Source: Candidatus Bathyarchaeota archaeon (lineage in GTDB: Archaea > Thermoproteota > Bathyarchaeia > Bathyarchaeales > Bathycorpusculaceae). Taken from it: a stretch of 64,000 bases of DNA. The notes beneath the pieces are model-generated. The model was not told the DNA's origin. It saw only the letters and a list, made by a program, of their open reading frames with translations, and made no database searches. Positions 1-8,839 of this stretch are shown here, piece by piece. Where the stretch lies: NCBI GenBank assembly GCA_963769845.1, contig CAVYNL010000033.1, forward strand, positions 1-64,000, given 5' to 3'. A program made the position numbers and the translations under genes. Numbering within the stretch: the stretch's first letter is position 1; each line of letters starts with the position of its first letter.

Positions 1-926
1 ATGTTCTATCCGAAAATAGGGTTACACTTTGTCTTTGAGGTATATTTCTGCTGGAGTTAAATAGTTTAGCCCTTCATGGGGCCTCGTGTAGTTGTAGTAG
101 CGTATGAAGCTCCAGTGCTGATTGAAAAGGTGCGACTCGACCTTGTACGCTTTGTGAAATGCTTCTATTTTGCCTATGGTTGTGGGCCTGCGTACGCTGG
201 CAGTGATGTGTTCAATTCCCAGTTCCTGGCAGTGCATGGCGAATTCCGATGTTCCTCCTCGGGCAGGCTTGAACTGTGTTCCCTGATCAGTAAGCACTTG
301 TTCGGGAACACCATACCGCTTAACGGCTTTCTCAAGCAGCTGCAAGGCGTTTTCTCCGGTTGGACTCCATATCTTAACCGAGCCAGTGATGAATCGTGAA
401 TGGTCATCTTGGAAACTGATCATCCAATTGTCGTCGCTGCAGAGCTTGAAATCAGCTTGCCAGAGGCTGTTGCAGTGTTCTCTTTGGAAACGCTTCGTTC
501 CCCAAGTCTTTCTGGGCTCGGTTATCGGATGGTTCAGGCCAGCTTTGCAGATTACGTCATAGACTTTGTGGTGGTCAACGGTGAACCCTCTATGTTCGAG
601 GTAACCTGCTATCTTGTTTGGTCCCCAATCGTATCTCTTCCTTAATTTGATGACTTTCTTTTTCAGAGACCCGTCAATCCCAGGTCCGCATGGACGACCC
701 CTCGGCTTTTCTTCAAGTCCCTTCCAACCTTCAGCCTGATACCGATTCCACCAATAATAGAACATTTTCCGGCTGATACGAGACTGAACACATATCGCAG
801 TGATAGGCTGCCCTTCCAACCTCTCCCTAATAATCCATCGTTTCAGCTTGTCCGAATCTCTATCCAAACCACGACACTCTCTTCTTCCGAGATAGAGAGT
901 GTAACCCATTTATTGGATAAAACTTC
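1..926 (-). mobile_element. IS481-family-like insertion sequence. The left end may extend slightly beyond the window start. One transposase ORF lies between imperfect terminal inverted repeats.
   Basis: Positions 1-25 (ATGTTCTATCCGAAAATAGGGTTAC) match the reverse complement of 901-926 (GAAGTTTTATCCAATAAATGGGTTAC). Both end in GGGTTAC and share a TATCC core. They bracket a DDE/rve transposase gene. Confidence 0.5.
22..909 (-). CDS. DDE transposase (integrase core domain with an N-terminal HTH), IS481-like
   Basis: 295 aa. The N-terminal HTH region reads ...QPITAICVQSRISRKMFYYWWNRY, followed by an rve-type catalytic core containing QADFK...DD...E. Domain order matches single-ORF IS481/ISNCY-type transposases. 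Confidence 0.8.
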   Translation of the reverse strand: MGYTLYLGRRECRGLDRDSDKLKRWIIRERLEGQPITAICVQSRISRKMFYYWWNRYQAEGWKGLEEKPRGRPCGPGIDGSLKKKVIKLRKRYDWGPNKIAGYLEHRGFTVDHHKVYDVICKAGLNHPITEPRKTWGTKRFQREHCNSLWQADFKLCSDDNWMISFQDDHSRFITGSVKIWSPTGENALQLLEKAVKRYGVPEQVLTDQGTQFKPARGGTSEFAMHCQELGIEHITASVRRPTTIGKIEAFHKAYKVESHLFNQHWSFIRYYNYTRPHEGLNYLTPAEIYLKDKV

Positions 927-1005
927 ACCCCCAAACCCAAACACGTAAAAGTACCCAAGGTCTGCCTAAGTACTTTATGGAAGAACCTTCATACAAGGCG
1001 CGCTA

Positions 1006-1275
1006 GTGTGCCAAATCTTGGTTAGAAAGAGAGGGGATGAAATGGAAAAAGAGACTAAGGAGGCTCAAGTGAAATTCTTCGAGGATTTGGAAAATGTAGC
1101 ACATGAAAAACTCATGAAACTGCCTGAAGATGTAGCATTCTTGTTTTTTCAAAAGCTTTTGGAATTAGTGATGAGCGGCGAACGTGAGAGGTCTTGGCAA
1201 CTGTTCTTTGACTGGCTTGCTAACAAAAAGACTGCAGAAGGCATCGTCTCGGAACTTGAAGCTCAAGACGAGTAA
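1006..1275 (+). CDS. hypothetical small acidic protein (likely start at the internal Met, MEKETKEAQ)
   Basis: ORF only. Acidic composition with no recognisable motif. It lies between the IS right end and an IS-end-like solo fragment at 1432-1444. Confidence 0.3.
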   Translation: MCQILVRKRGDEMEKETKEAQVKFFEDLENVAHEKLMKLPEDVAFLFFQKLLELVMSGERERSWQLFFDWLANKKTAEGIVSELEAQDE

Positions 1276-1546
1276 GTGTGTGCGGGTAAAGTCTTGTTCC
1301 AAAACCCAAAACGCGCGCTTGGTGGAATAAAGAGCATGAATATCACCTGTGCTTGAAGCGAAAGAAAGCCGAAAAAGAGTCTTTCGCCGAAACAGTCCTT
1401 CTCTTCAGAAAATTGTTGGTCGGTTGGGACAAAGTTTTATCCAAACCAAACCAACGTTATCAGTCTTAAATACCCCAGAATCAGTTATGGACAATTTGCG
1501 AGAAATGGAAGACGGGTGATGTCTCTTACCAAAGAAGAACCGAATC

Positions 1547-2278
1547 ATGAGGCAGTGGGACGAAGCAGCAGAGTCTTGGGCTGACTTCGTGAGGCAGGGT
1601 AAGGATTATTACAGAGATGAACTTAACAACCCTGCGGCTTTCAGACTTGTGGGAAATGTGAAAGGTCGACTCGCGCTGGACTTGGCCTGCGGTGAGGGAT
1701 ACAACGCTCGAATACTGGCTAGAAAAGGTGCCAAGGTGACTGGGGCAGATTTCTCGACGAAATTGATAGAACATGCGAGAACTGAGGAGGTCAAAGAGAA
1801 GTTAGGCATAGATTATCATGTTATGGATGCTGCTGACCTGTCGAGGTTTCCAAGTAATCACTTCGACCTTGTGACTTGTTTTATGGCCTTGCAAGACATC
1901 AAGAACTACAGGAGAACGGTGTCTGAAGTGGCAAGGGTTCTGAAAAGCAAAAGTCGGTTTGTGTTTTCAATTCCTCATCCCTGTTTCGAAATGGTAGTTG
2001 ACAAAGGAAACAGAATAAGCACAACTACGAGATATTTCGGAGCTGCTGAGGACCACATTCATTGGAAAATGGAGAGACTCCTGAAACCATTCGAGACTAC
2101 AAGCTTCCACAGGACATTAACCGACTATTTCAAAGTGCTCTATAAGAACAGACTTCTCGTAAGAAGGCTCGTGGAGCCACAACCGACGAAGCAAGGAATT
2201 CAGAAGCATCCACCTCTTATAGAAGTTCTTCTCAGACCACAATCAGTAGTAATAGAAGCAGTAAAAGAGCCAATCTGA
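1547..2278 (+). CDS. class I SAM-dependent methyltransferase
   Basis: Motif I reads LDLACGEGYNARILARKGAKVTGADFS (GxGxG-type SAM-binding fold). 243 aa, typical of Methyltransf_11/25 family proteins. Confidence 0.8.
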   Translation: MRQWDEAAESWADFVRQGKDYYRDELNNPAAFRLVGNVKGRLALDLACGEGYNARILARKGAKVTGADFSTKLIEHARTEEVKEKLGIDYHVMDAADLSRFPSNHFDLVTCFMALQDIKNYRRTVSEVARVLKSKSRFVFSIPHPCFEMVVDKGNRISTTTRYFGAAEDHIHWKMERLLKPFETTSFHRTLTDYFKVLYKNRLLVRRLVEPQPTKQGIQKHPPLIEVLLRPQSVVIEAVKEPI

Positions 2279-2280
2279 GC

Positions 2281-2290
2281 AGCGCGCGCT
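2281..2290. repeat. AGCGCGCGCT palindromic decamer, located 3 nt after the methyltransferase stop codon
   Basis: Exact match read from the sequence. Confidence 0.9.
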
Positions 2291-2454
2291 AACACCAAAG
2301 CCGCGAGCATTTTCGTAGACTACGTCCACTCTTGTAAGTTCAGGAGGAATCATTTCGGTTCGACGCATATTCCACCACTGAGCTAACCATCCATGAGGAC
2401 TTCACGTGAAAGTTTTTTATCTCAAGTGTACGTAATGCTCAAGCAGTGAGTCTA

Positions 2455-2619
2455 ATGGCTAAATGCCCCAAGTGTAAGAAGGAAATCAGCAAACCCGAGA
2501 AGACTTGGAAGATGGCTGGTAGAAAAGACAAGAACGGCAAAAGAACCGAACTCACAATAGGCCTCTACAAATGCTGCGGGAAGACTTTCAGGTCCGTATT
2601 GAACAAACGCAAGATCTAG
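2455..2619 (+). CDS. zinc-ribbon miniprotein (54 aa), missed by the ORF-track length cutoff
   Basis: My own translation: MAKCPKCKKEISKPEKTWKMAGRKDKNGKRTELTIGLYKCCGKTFRSVLNKRKI. Two Cys pairs (CPKC ... CCGK) with a basic composition. It lies on the strand opposite a low-complexity 60-aa track ORF. Confidence 0.5.
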   Translation: MAKCPKCKKEISKPEKTWKMAGRKDKNGKRTELTIGLYKCCGKTFRSVLNKRKI

Positions 2620-2959
2620 ACCAAGCAAAATCAACTTCCCAACTTTTTTCTATCCAAAAACCAGCGTACTGCATGTGACCCCCAACTTCTCTCGCTCTAA
2701 TGAAATGGAACGTTTGGTTATGAAGAAAACAAGCCTTGACAGGGCTTTGGAGCACATCACGTCCCGTGTTGAAAAAGAGGAGAGCGTTGCTCTAGGGATG
2801 CATCCGTGCCAGCGCGCGGTAAACTTCGATCTGCGCCGCAATCTTCAGCTTTTCGTTCTTTATCTTCATGTTTTTTCACCTCAAACAATCCATAACGGCT
2901 TTGACACTTTAAACATCGACGCACGTAATGCGAACACAAGAAAACCTCACAAATTGTTA

Positions 2960-3230
2960 CTATACCTGGCACCTGCGCACACGCGCGCGTTTGGACTGAG
3001 CACAGGCTCTGGTACTTCGGCCTGACACCCGCAGACGAACCCGCAGTACAGTAGATACCCGATCCCATTCATGGCGACGGAGTCTGCATCACGGCGCTGG
3101 GGATTCCGGCATTCCACAGGTCCAAAGGGAAGAACGCGCGCTTCGCCCCCTCCGCCAGTTCTTCCCCGCCGCCTCCTGCTCCTCCACAATACGCATAGCA
3201 GGCGAGTGATCGATTGGGCATCTATCTCAG
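2960..3230 (+). ncRNA. possible structured non-coding RNA. A weak SRP-RNA helix-8-like motif is present (CAGGTCC-AAAG-GGAAGAAC).
   Basis: A GC-rich segment of about 270 nt contains no convincing ORF; the track ORFs here are short, overlapping and low-complexity. The palindromes at 2981-2990 (ACGCGCGCGT) and 3134-3142 could pair. The segment CAGGTCCAAAGGGAAGAACG resembles the universal SRP RNA motif CAGGUCCGGAAGGAAGCAGC. Identity is uncertain. Confidence 0.15.
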
Positions 3231-3297
3231 GAAGCCATTATGATGGAGACCGATAAGAAAATTAGGACCTTCACGGACTAGTCGGCAGGGAAGAACC

Positions 3298-4110
3298 ATG
3301 CTAGATAAGCTTGAGAAGGTCTTTGCAGTTTTGATCTGCGCGTCTTTCGTCGTTCTAGCCGTTCCTGTTGGGGCAACCGAGTACAATCCAGGCGTCCAAG
3401 TCGGGTATTGGGTCGAATACAGGAATCTTATTTCAGGCGGGACCGGCAACCCTGAGGATTTCAACGCCACAGAATGGATGAAGATGGAAGTCATACTTGT
3501 CACTGGAAACAGAGTCACTGTTCATACGTCTCGGATGCTCATGAACGGCACTTTCCAAGACGGCTCAGACTATGTGTTTGATGTTGCAACGCGAGAAACA
3601 GACCGTTCAGGAGACTCGAGCAACCTGTGGAACAATTATCTTGTGGTTGCAGGTAATCTGGCAGAAGGCAGCGATACGCACCTGCTAGTGGCGCTTCCTG
3701 AAGGTTCGGCTGCAATGTTTATCAACAAGACCGAAACGAAAGGCCTGCTCGGCATGAACAGGACGGTCAACCTAATCGACTGCAACGAGTCGTTTAACGC
3801 CATTCCCGACTACGACTTTGAATTTCACCTTGTGTACGATCAGGCAACGGGCATGATGCTGGAACTGAATTATTCACTGACATCACATAGTATCCCCAGC
3901 ACCAATGAAGTGGTCTCGTATTCCGCTGCGGAAATCAACACGACGCCGAAGTCGTCTGACAACACGCTGACTTACGCGGAAGTGACAATCGCAGCTGTCA
4001 TCATCGTGGTCATTGCAGCTGCACTTGTAGTTAGACGAAGAAGAAAAGCACATGCCGCGGGGTCTGTGAAGAAAGTTGCGAAAGAGAAAGCCAAAAAAAT
4101 AGCGCGCTAG
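3298..4110 (+). CDS. secreted, C-terminally membrane-anchored glycoprotein (hypothetical surface protein)
   Basis: N-terminal signal peptide (MLDKLEKVFAVLICASFVVLAVPVGA). Many N-x-S/T sequons. C-terminal TM segment followed by a basic tail (IAAVIIVVIAAALVVRRRRK). Confidence 0.55.
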   Translation: MLDKLEKVFAVLICASFVVLAVPVGATEYNPGVQVGYWVEYRNLISGGTGNPEDFNATEWMKMEVILVTGNRVTVHTSRMLMNGTFQDGSDYVFDVATRETDRSGDSSNLWNNYLVVAGNLAEGSDTHLLVALPEGSAAMFINKTETKGLLGMNRTVNLIDCNESFNAIPDYDFEFHLVYDQATGMMLELNYSLTSHSIPSTNEVVSYSAAEINTTPKSSDNTLTYAEVTIAAVIIVVIAAALVVRRRRKAHAAGSVKKVAKEKAKKIAR

Positions 4111-4314
4111 GGCGTTGCTAAATCGAATTGTTTGTGTCAATTTCTGCTCACCTTCCAAGCACAGTTGCATTCTCCTAACACTTCTACGTACTAGTCATGG
4201 GCGTCTGGCCAAGCCAAAGCATGACCAAACAAGTTCATGTTAATTCATCGAATTTAGCAACACGCTGGCGCGCTCACTCTGCAGATTTCTGAAACGGGGA
4301 GGAAACCGATTCGT

Positions 4315-6678
4315 TTATGCTGCAAGCTTCTGCTTTATGTTGTTCCTTTTTTCTTCGGGGAGCAGTCCGAACTTCTTGATCCGGTCGGTGAACATCACGA
4401 AGAGTTCCGCGGCTTTCTTGTATACCGGCAGAGGCACGTAGCTGTAGCGTACGCGCATGTTTTCGATTCCGTATTTTGCCAGTTCGCGGCCCATGTCGAT
4501 CATGCGTTTTTTCGAGAATTTTTCGTCGATCTCCTGTGTTCCCTCGATGACTAGAACACCGTCGGCTCCGTATGCGAAGGCATTGAGCATGTGTTTGATG
4601 CCTATGATTGCCGTTGTTGGAACTGTGACTATGCGGATGTTTTCTGGATACTTGGTTCGGTCTAAGCCTAGAAAGTCCATGCCCGTGTAGCCTACGTTCT
4701 TATCTACGAAAGCGACGATTCTGACTTCGCCCGGGTCCTTGTCTGCCAGCACGCCTTTCAAGCTTGCAATGATCTGTTTTGTGGTTGCGTTCTTGAAGTC
4801 TATAGCTTCTTGCGGGCAGACGGGTATACATGCGCCGCAGCCTGTGCACTGGAACGGGTCGATCTTGGCTTTGCCTTCCTGCATCGTTATAGCGTTTCTC
4901 GGACAGATAGACACGCAGGCGCTGCAGCCGTTACACAAATCGCTAATCACGTAAGCTTTTTCTGGGCTGGTAGTGACGTAGTCGCTCTTCAGGAACAGTG
5001 CAGCCTTGGCGGATGCACCTAGGCCATCTGAGACCGTGTCCCGCACGTCTTTGGGGCTTAACCCGCAGCCGCACGCGAAGATGCCTGTGACGAGCGAGTC
5101 CACGGGGTCGAGTTTAGGATGCTTCTCCATGATGAAACCGTCTTCGCCGATGGACACCTTCATTTTTTCGGCGAGCTCGTTCAAGCCGGAGGGCGAAACC
5201 ATCGGCGTTGCCAAGGCGACCATGTCGAATTCGTCCTCGGTCACTTCGCCTGTAATCGTATCTTCGGCCACGGCGACGAGCTTGCCGTTGTTCTTCCTGT
5301 AGACCTCGGCGACTTTTCCACGGATGAACGACACGCCGGCTTCTTGGTCACGCCAGTAGAGATCCTCGTAGCCCTTGCCTGTGGCTCTGATGTCAGTGTA
5401 ATAGATTGTGACGTCGATGCCCAGCATCTTCTTCAAGACGAAGGCCTGTTTGAGCGAGTACATGCAGCAGATTCGGCTGCAGTAGGAGATGTAGTTCTTG
5501 TCTCTTGAGCCTGCGCAAAGGACGATTGCCATGCGCTTGACGTCACTGCCGTCTGCTCGTTTGATGTAGCCGCTCGTCGGGCCCGTTGCGGACACGAAGC
5601 GTTCGAGGTCCATCATCGTGATGACGTCTTTGTACGTGCCGTACCCGTACGTTTCTAGTTTCTTTGCGTCGTAAAGCTCGTATCCGGTGGCCATTATTAT
5701 GCCGCCGACGTGCAGGTCAACAGTGCTTCCCTGGTCTGAGAGGCTGACAGCTTTGGCTGGGCAGAGCTGTTCGCATTTTCCGCATTTGGTGCATGATTTG
5801 AAGTCTATCGTGTAAGCCGAGGGCACAGCCTGTGGAAACTCGATGTACGCGGCTCTTCTCTGCGACCAGCCCTCATTGAACTCGTCGGGAACGGAAACCG
5901 GGCAGACTTTCGCGCATACTCCGCAGCTTCTGCATTTTTGAACGTCAATGCCGCGGGGTTTCATGAACACCTTCACGTCGTAGTTGCCGGGCCTTCCGCT
6001 CACTTCCTGTACCTGTGCGTAAGTGTAGAGCATGACGTTTGGGTTGCGTCCGACCTCAGCCATTCTCGGCGTAAGAATACACTGCGCACAGTCAAGCGTC
6101 GGAAACACCTTCGTCAGTTTGGCCATGTTGCCGCCGATGCTCGGCTTGCGCTCGACAAGATGAACCTTGTAGCCCAAATAGCCAAGTTCAAGGGCTGCGG
6201 TTATACCTGCGATGCCTCCGCCGATGATGAGGATCTCTCTTGAGCCCTTTTCGCTGATGGTCTGTAATGGCTCAAGTTCTCTGCTTCTCTCGTACCCGCC
6301 TTTGATGAGGCTTATGGCCTTCTTCGTGGCCTCAGGCGATGGGTGTGGTCCGAGGATCCATGAGTCTTGTTCCCGGATGTTCACGAACTCAAGCATGAAC
6401 GGGTTCAACCCGGCTCTTTCGAGCACGCTCTGGAACGTGGCTAAATGCATGCGTGGTGTGCAGCTGGCCACGACGACTCTGTCCAAGTTCTCCTTCTTGA
6501 CGGAGTCGAGTATCATTTCCTGAGCCGGCTTGGAGCATAGATACTTGTGATATTTTGCCACGGCGACACCTTCCCAAGTCTTCACAGCGTCGACGACCGC
6601 CTTGACATCAACAACTTCGCCTATGTTGCCGCCGCATTCACACACGAAAATGCCGATTCTAGGCGATTTCTTCTCCAT
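4315..6678 (-). CDS. hdrA: heterodisulfide reductase subunit A (HdrA)-like flavoprotein fused to a C-terminal MvhD (methyl-viologen-reducing hydrogenase delta subunit/FlpD) domain
   Basis: N-terminal Cys cluster (CECGGNIG...). FAD-binding motif GGGIAGITAALELGYLGYKVHLVE. Ferredoxin-type CxxCxxCxxxCP motifs (CRSCGVCAKVCP, CTKCGKCEQLCP, CNGCSACVSICP, CTGCGACIPVCP). The C-terminal part, RIVAFVDKNVGYTGMDFLGLD...GADGVLVIEG, is typical of MvhD. The probable start is the internal Met (MEKKSPRIG). Confidence 0.85.
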   Translation of the reverse strand: MEKKSPRIGIFVCECGGNIGEVVDVKAVVDAVKTWEGVAVAKYHKYLCSKPAQEMILDSVKKENLDRVVVASCTPRMHLATFQSVLERAGLNPFMLEFVNIREQDSWILGPHPSPEATKKAISLIKGGYERSRELEPLQTISEKGSREILIIGGGIAGITAALELGYLGYKVHLVERKPSIGGNMAKLTKVFPTLDCAQCILTPRMAEVGRNPNVMLYTYAQVQEVSGRPGNYDVKVFMKPRGIDVQKCRSCGVCAKVCPVSVPDEFNEGWSQRRAAYIEFPQAVPSAYTIDFKSCTKCGKCEQLCPAKAVSLSDQGSTVDLHVGGIIMATGYELYDAKKLETYGYGTYKDVITMMDLERFVSATGPTSGYIKRADGSDVKRMAIVLCAGSRDKNYISYCSRICCMYSLKQAFVLKKMLGIDVTIYYTDIRATGKGYEDLYWRDQEAGVSFIRGKVAEVYRKNNGKLVAVAEDTITGEVTEDEFDMVALATPMVSPSGLNELAEKMKVSIGEDGFIMEKHPKLDPVDSLVTGIFACGCGLSPKDVRDTVSDGLGASAKAALFLKSDYVTTSPEKAYVISDLCNGCSACVSICPRNAITMQEGKAKIDPFQCTGCGACIPVCPQEAIDFKNATTKQIIASLKGVLADKDPGEVRIVAFVDKNVGYTGMDFLGLDRTKYPENIRIVTVPTTAIIGIKHMLNAFAYGADGVLVIEGTQEIDEKFSKKRMIDMGRELAKYGIENMRVRYSYVPLPVYKKAAELFVMFTDRIKKFGLLPEEKRNNIKQKLAA

Positions 6679-6766
6679 CAGTGAAATCTCCTGTTGAATG
6701 GTTTGATTCAGAAGATTCACGGGAAAACGCTTTAATAACCTTATGCTCCTTTTTCACGTAAAAGTG

Positions 6767-7885
6767 ATGTTTGAGATGAATGCTCAAGAACTCACCCAGA
6801 AGCACAAGCTGCTTGAATGCATCCAGTGCGGAACATGCACCGGGAGCTGTCCAGTTGCACGCAAAGCCAACCTCAACGTCAGGAAGTACATGCGCGAAGT
6901 CGCAACACTGGGCAAGCTGACGCAACATTCGCAGAACGAGCTGTGGAGCTGCACAACCTGCAGCACCTGCGGCGTACGATGTCCGAAGGAGTTGAACCCG
7001 TACGAGTTTCTGATTGACGTTCGCGGTATGGCGGTTGAAGAAGGCCAGATCGCACCGACGATTCGTGATGCTTTGGAGAGCATTTTCAAGAACGGCAATC
7101 CATGGGGAAGGATCCGTAACAAGCGTTCAGAATGGATGCAAGGATTGAACGTGAAGCACATGTCACAAGGCGCAGACATGCTCTACTTTGTTGGTTGCAC
7201 GTCGGCTTATGACCCGCGAATTCAAAACGTGGCAAAAAACGTTGCAGCCGTTTTCGCTAAGGCAGGTTTGAACTTTGGCGTCTTGGGCGATGAGGAGAAC
7301 TGCTGTGGAAGCGAAGTCTACGGAATGGGAGAAAAAGGGCTCTTCGACTTCCTCGTCGAGGAGAACATGAAGGCTTTCAACAAGTACAACGTCAAGCAAG
7401 CGGTGACGAACTGTCCACACGGCTATCACGCGTTTAAGAACAGGTATAACCAGACGAGCTTCGAGGTCCAGCATCACTCGCAGCTGCTGTGCAAGCTCAT
7501 TGACGAAAAGAAGCTAACGTTCTGCAAAGAACTGAACAAGAAGGTCATTTATCATGACCCATGTTTCTTGGGGAAGCAGAACGGCATCTACGACGAGCCA
7601 CGGAAAGTGATCGAAAGCGTGCCAGGCGTGAAACTGCTAGAGTTCGACCGCTCACGGACAAGAAGCGTGTGCTGCGAAGGCGGCGGCGGAAGAATGTGGG
7701 TCGACATCCCAGGACCAAGACTGTCCGAGACACGCGTGAAAGATGCAGTAGAAGCTGGCGCAGACATCCTAGCTACAGCATGTCCTTACTGCCTGTTAAC
7801 ATTTGAAGACGCTGTCAAGACCACGGGAAACGAAGGCAAAATCCAAATCATGGACATAGCCGAACTCCTTGTGCAAGCACTTTAG
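6767..7885 (+). CDS. hdrD: HdrD-like protein: an HdrC-type 2x[4Fe-4S] domain fused to an HdrB-type duplicated CCG (Cys-rich) domain
   Basis: CIQCGTCTGSCP and CTTCSTCGVRCP match HdrC ferredoxin motifs. Two CCG motifs follow (VGCTSAYDP...ENCCGSE and DPCFLGKQ...CCEGGGG), as in HdrB/GlpC/SdhC. The gene is divergent from hdrA-mvhD with an intergenic gap of about 85 nt. Confidence 0.8.
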   Translation: MFEMNAQELTQKHKLLECIQCGTCTGSCPVARKANLNVRKYMREVATLGKLTQHSQNELWSCTTCSTCGVRCPKELNPYEFLIDVRGMAVEEGQIAPTIRDALESIFKNGNPWGRIRNKRSEWMQGLNVKHMSQGADMLYFVGCTSAYDPRIQNVAKNVAAVFAKAGLNFGVLGDEENCCGSEVYGMGEKGLFDFLVEENMKAFNKYNVKQAVTNCPHGYHAFKNRYNQTSFEVQHHSQLLCKLIDEKKLTFCKELNKKVIYHDPCFLGKQNGIYDEPRKVIESVPGVKLLEFDRSRTRSVCCEGGGGRMWVDIPGPRLSETRVKDAVEAGADILATACPYCLLTFEDAVKTTGNEGKIQIMDIAELLVQAL

Positions 7886-8087
7886 TTGATCTTCGCAGCT
7901 TTCCAAGTCCCGTTTGCTTTTCTTGTTTGTGGATCATCGGCTAATTCGACGAGCTACCAGAATCGCAATGCACGCTGTGTCTTTGGGCATAACTGTATTC
8001 GAACGAAAAAGAGGAAGGGGCCTTCTTCCTTGCGACTGATTACAAAAAAAGAAGGGGAAAACGAAGTAAAGATGTTAGCTTTATGAA

Positions 8088-8210
8088 CTAGTATCTTCTC
8101 GGCGGTCTTCGTTTAGAAAAACACTCGTTGCAGTACACAGGTCTGCTGCCGTCTGGTTTGAAGGGAACTTCACATTCCTTGCCACATTCAGCGCAGACCG
8201 CTTTGTGCAT
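8088..8210 (-). CDS. zinc-ribbon miniprotein (40 aa), below the ORF-track cutoff
   Basis: My own reverse-strand translation: MHKAVCAECGKECEVPFKPDGSRPVYCNECFSKRRPPRRY. It has a CxxC-x17-CxxC motif and a basic tail, a pattern typical of widespread small Zn-ribbon proteins. Confidence 0.5.
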   Translation of the reverse strand: MHKAVCAECGKECEVPFKPDGSRPVYCNECFSKRRPPRRY

Positions 8211-8839
8211 CTCTCGATTATACATCTTGCTCTTTCAACTCCTTATGCTATTTAGCGCAAAAAAAGACTTTCTTGCACGGAAGTTGATCCGTCGCCTATG
8301 CTTTAAACCTATCTATTAGGGCGCGCCATAATGTCCAAGACTGGAGGTGTGGCGAGACTGCGTTTTCCTCGTTGCCGAAGACACAGCACTGCATCTTCTG
8401 CGCCGAATCGCCGGAATATTGTAAATACTCCATGCAGAGCGTAGTAGGCTCTTTCCGAGCTGCATATACATTTCGGACACCTCTTCAAAAAACCCAGATT
8501 TGAAGAATCATGATCAGCCAAGGCATGCTTCTCACGTGAGAGATCTCACTCAGGAGAATAGCGTTCTGTTCTCCGGTGCAATTCCTGCCAACTGCGAAGA
8601 TGCTCATGTGGATCTGACCCAAACCGGTCCATATGCTTCTTAAGATCCTCTTCTGAGCAGAAACGGCAAGAACAGAAGCGGCAATCAAGTTTTTGTTCTT
8701 CGCTTTCCACGCGGATCCCTTAAAGGGCAATCTGCTATAACACATTTAAACATTTGTTCATTTTCCAGCACGCGCTATTAAGAAGGTTTAAGAAGTGAGC
8801 CGAGATTCCTCTTGCTTCAGAAAAGGCTGGCAACGAAAC

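Noticed and set aside
8230-8790. Possible ncRNA or small ORFs in the gene-poor stretch upstream of the AHSA1-like gene
   Set aside because: Only weak, overlapping 70-86-aa ORFs with implausible composition. I found no recognisable SRP/RNase P conserved blocks or tRNA features by eye. Left unannotated; an Rfam scan would settle it.
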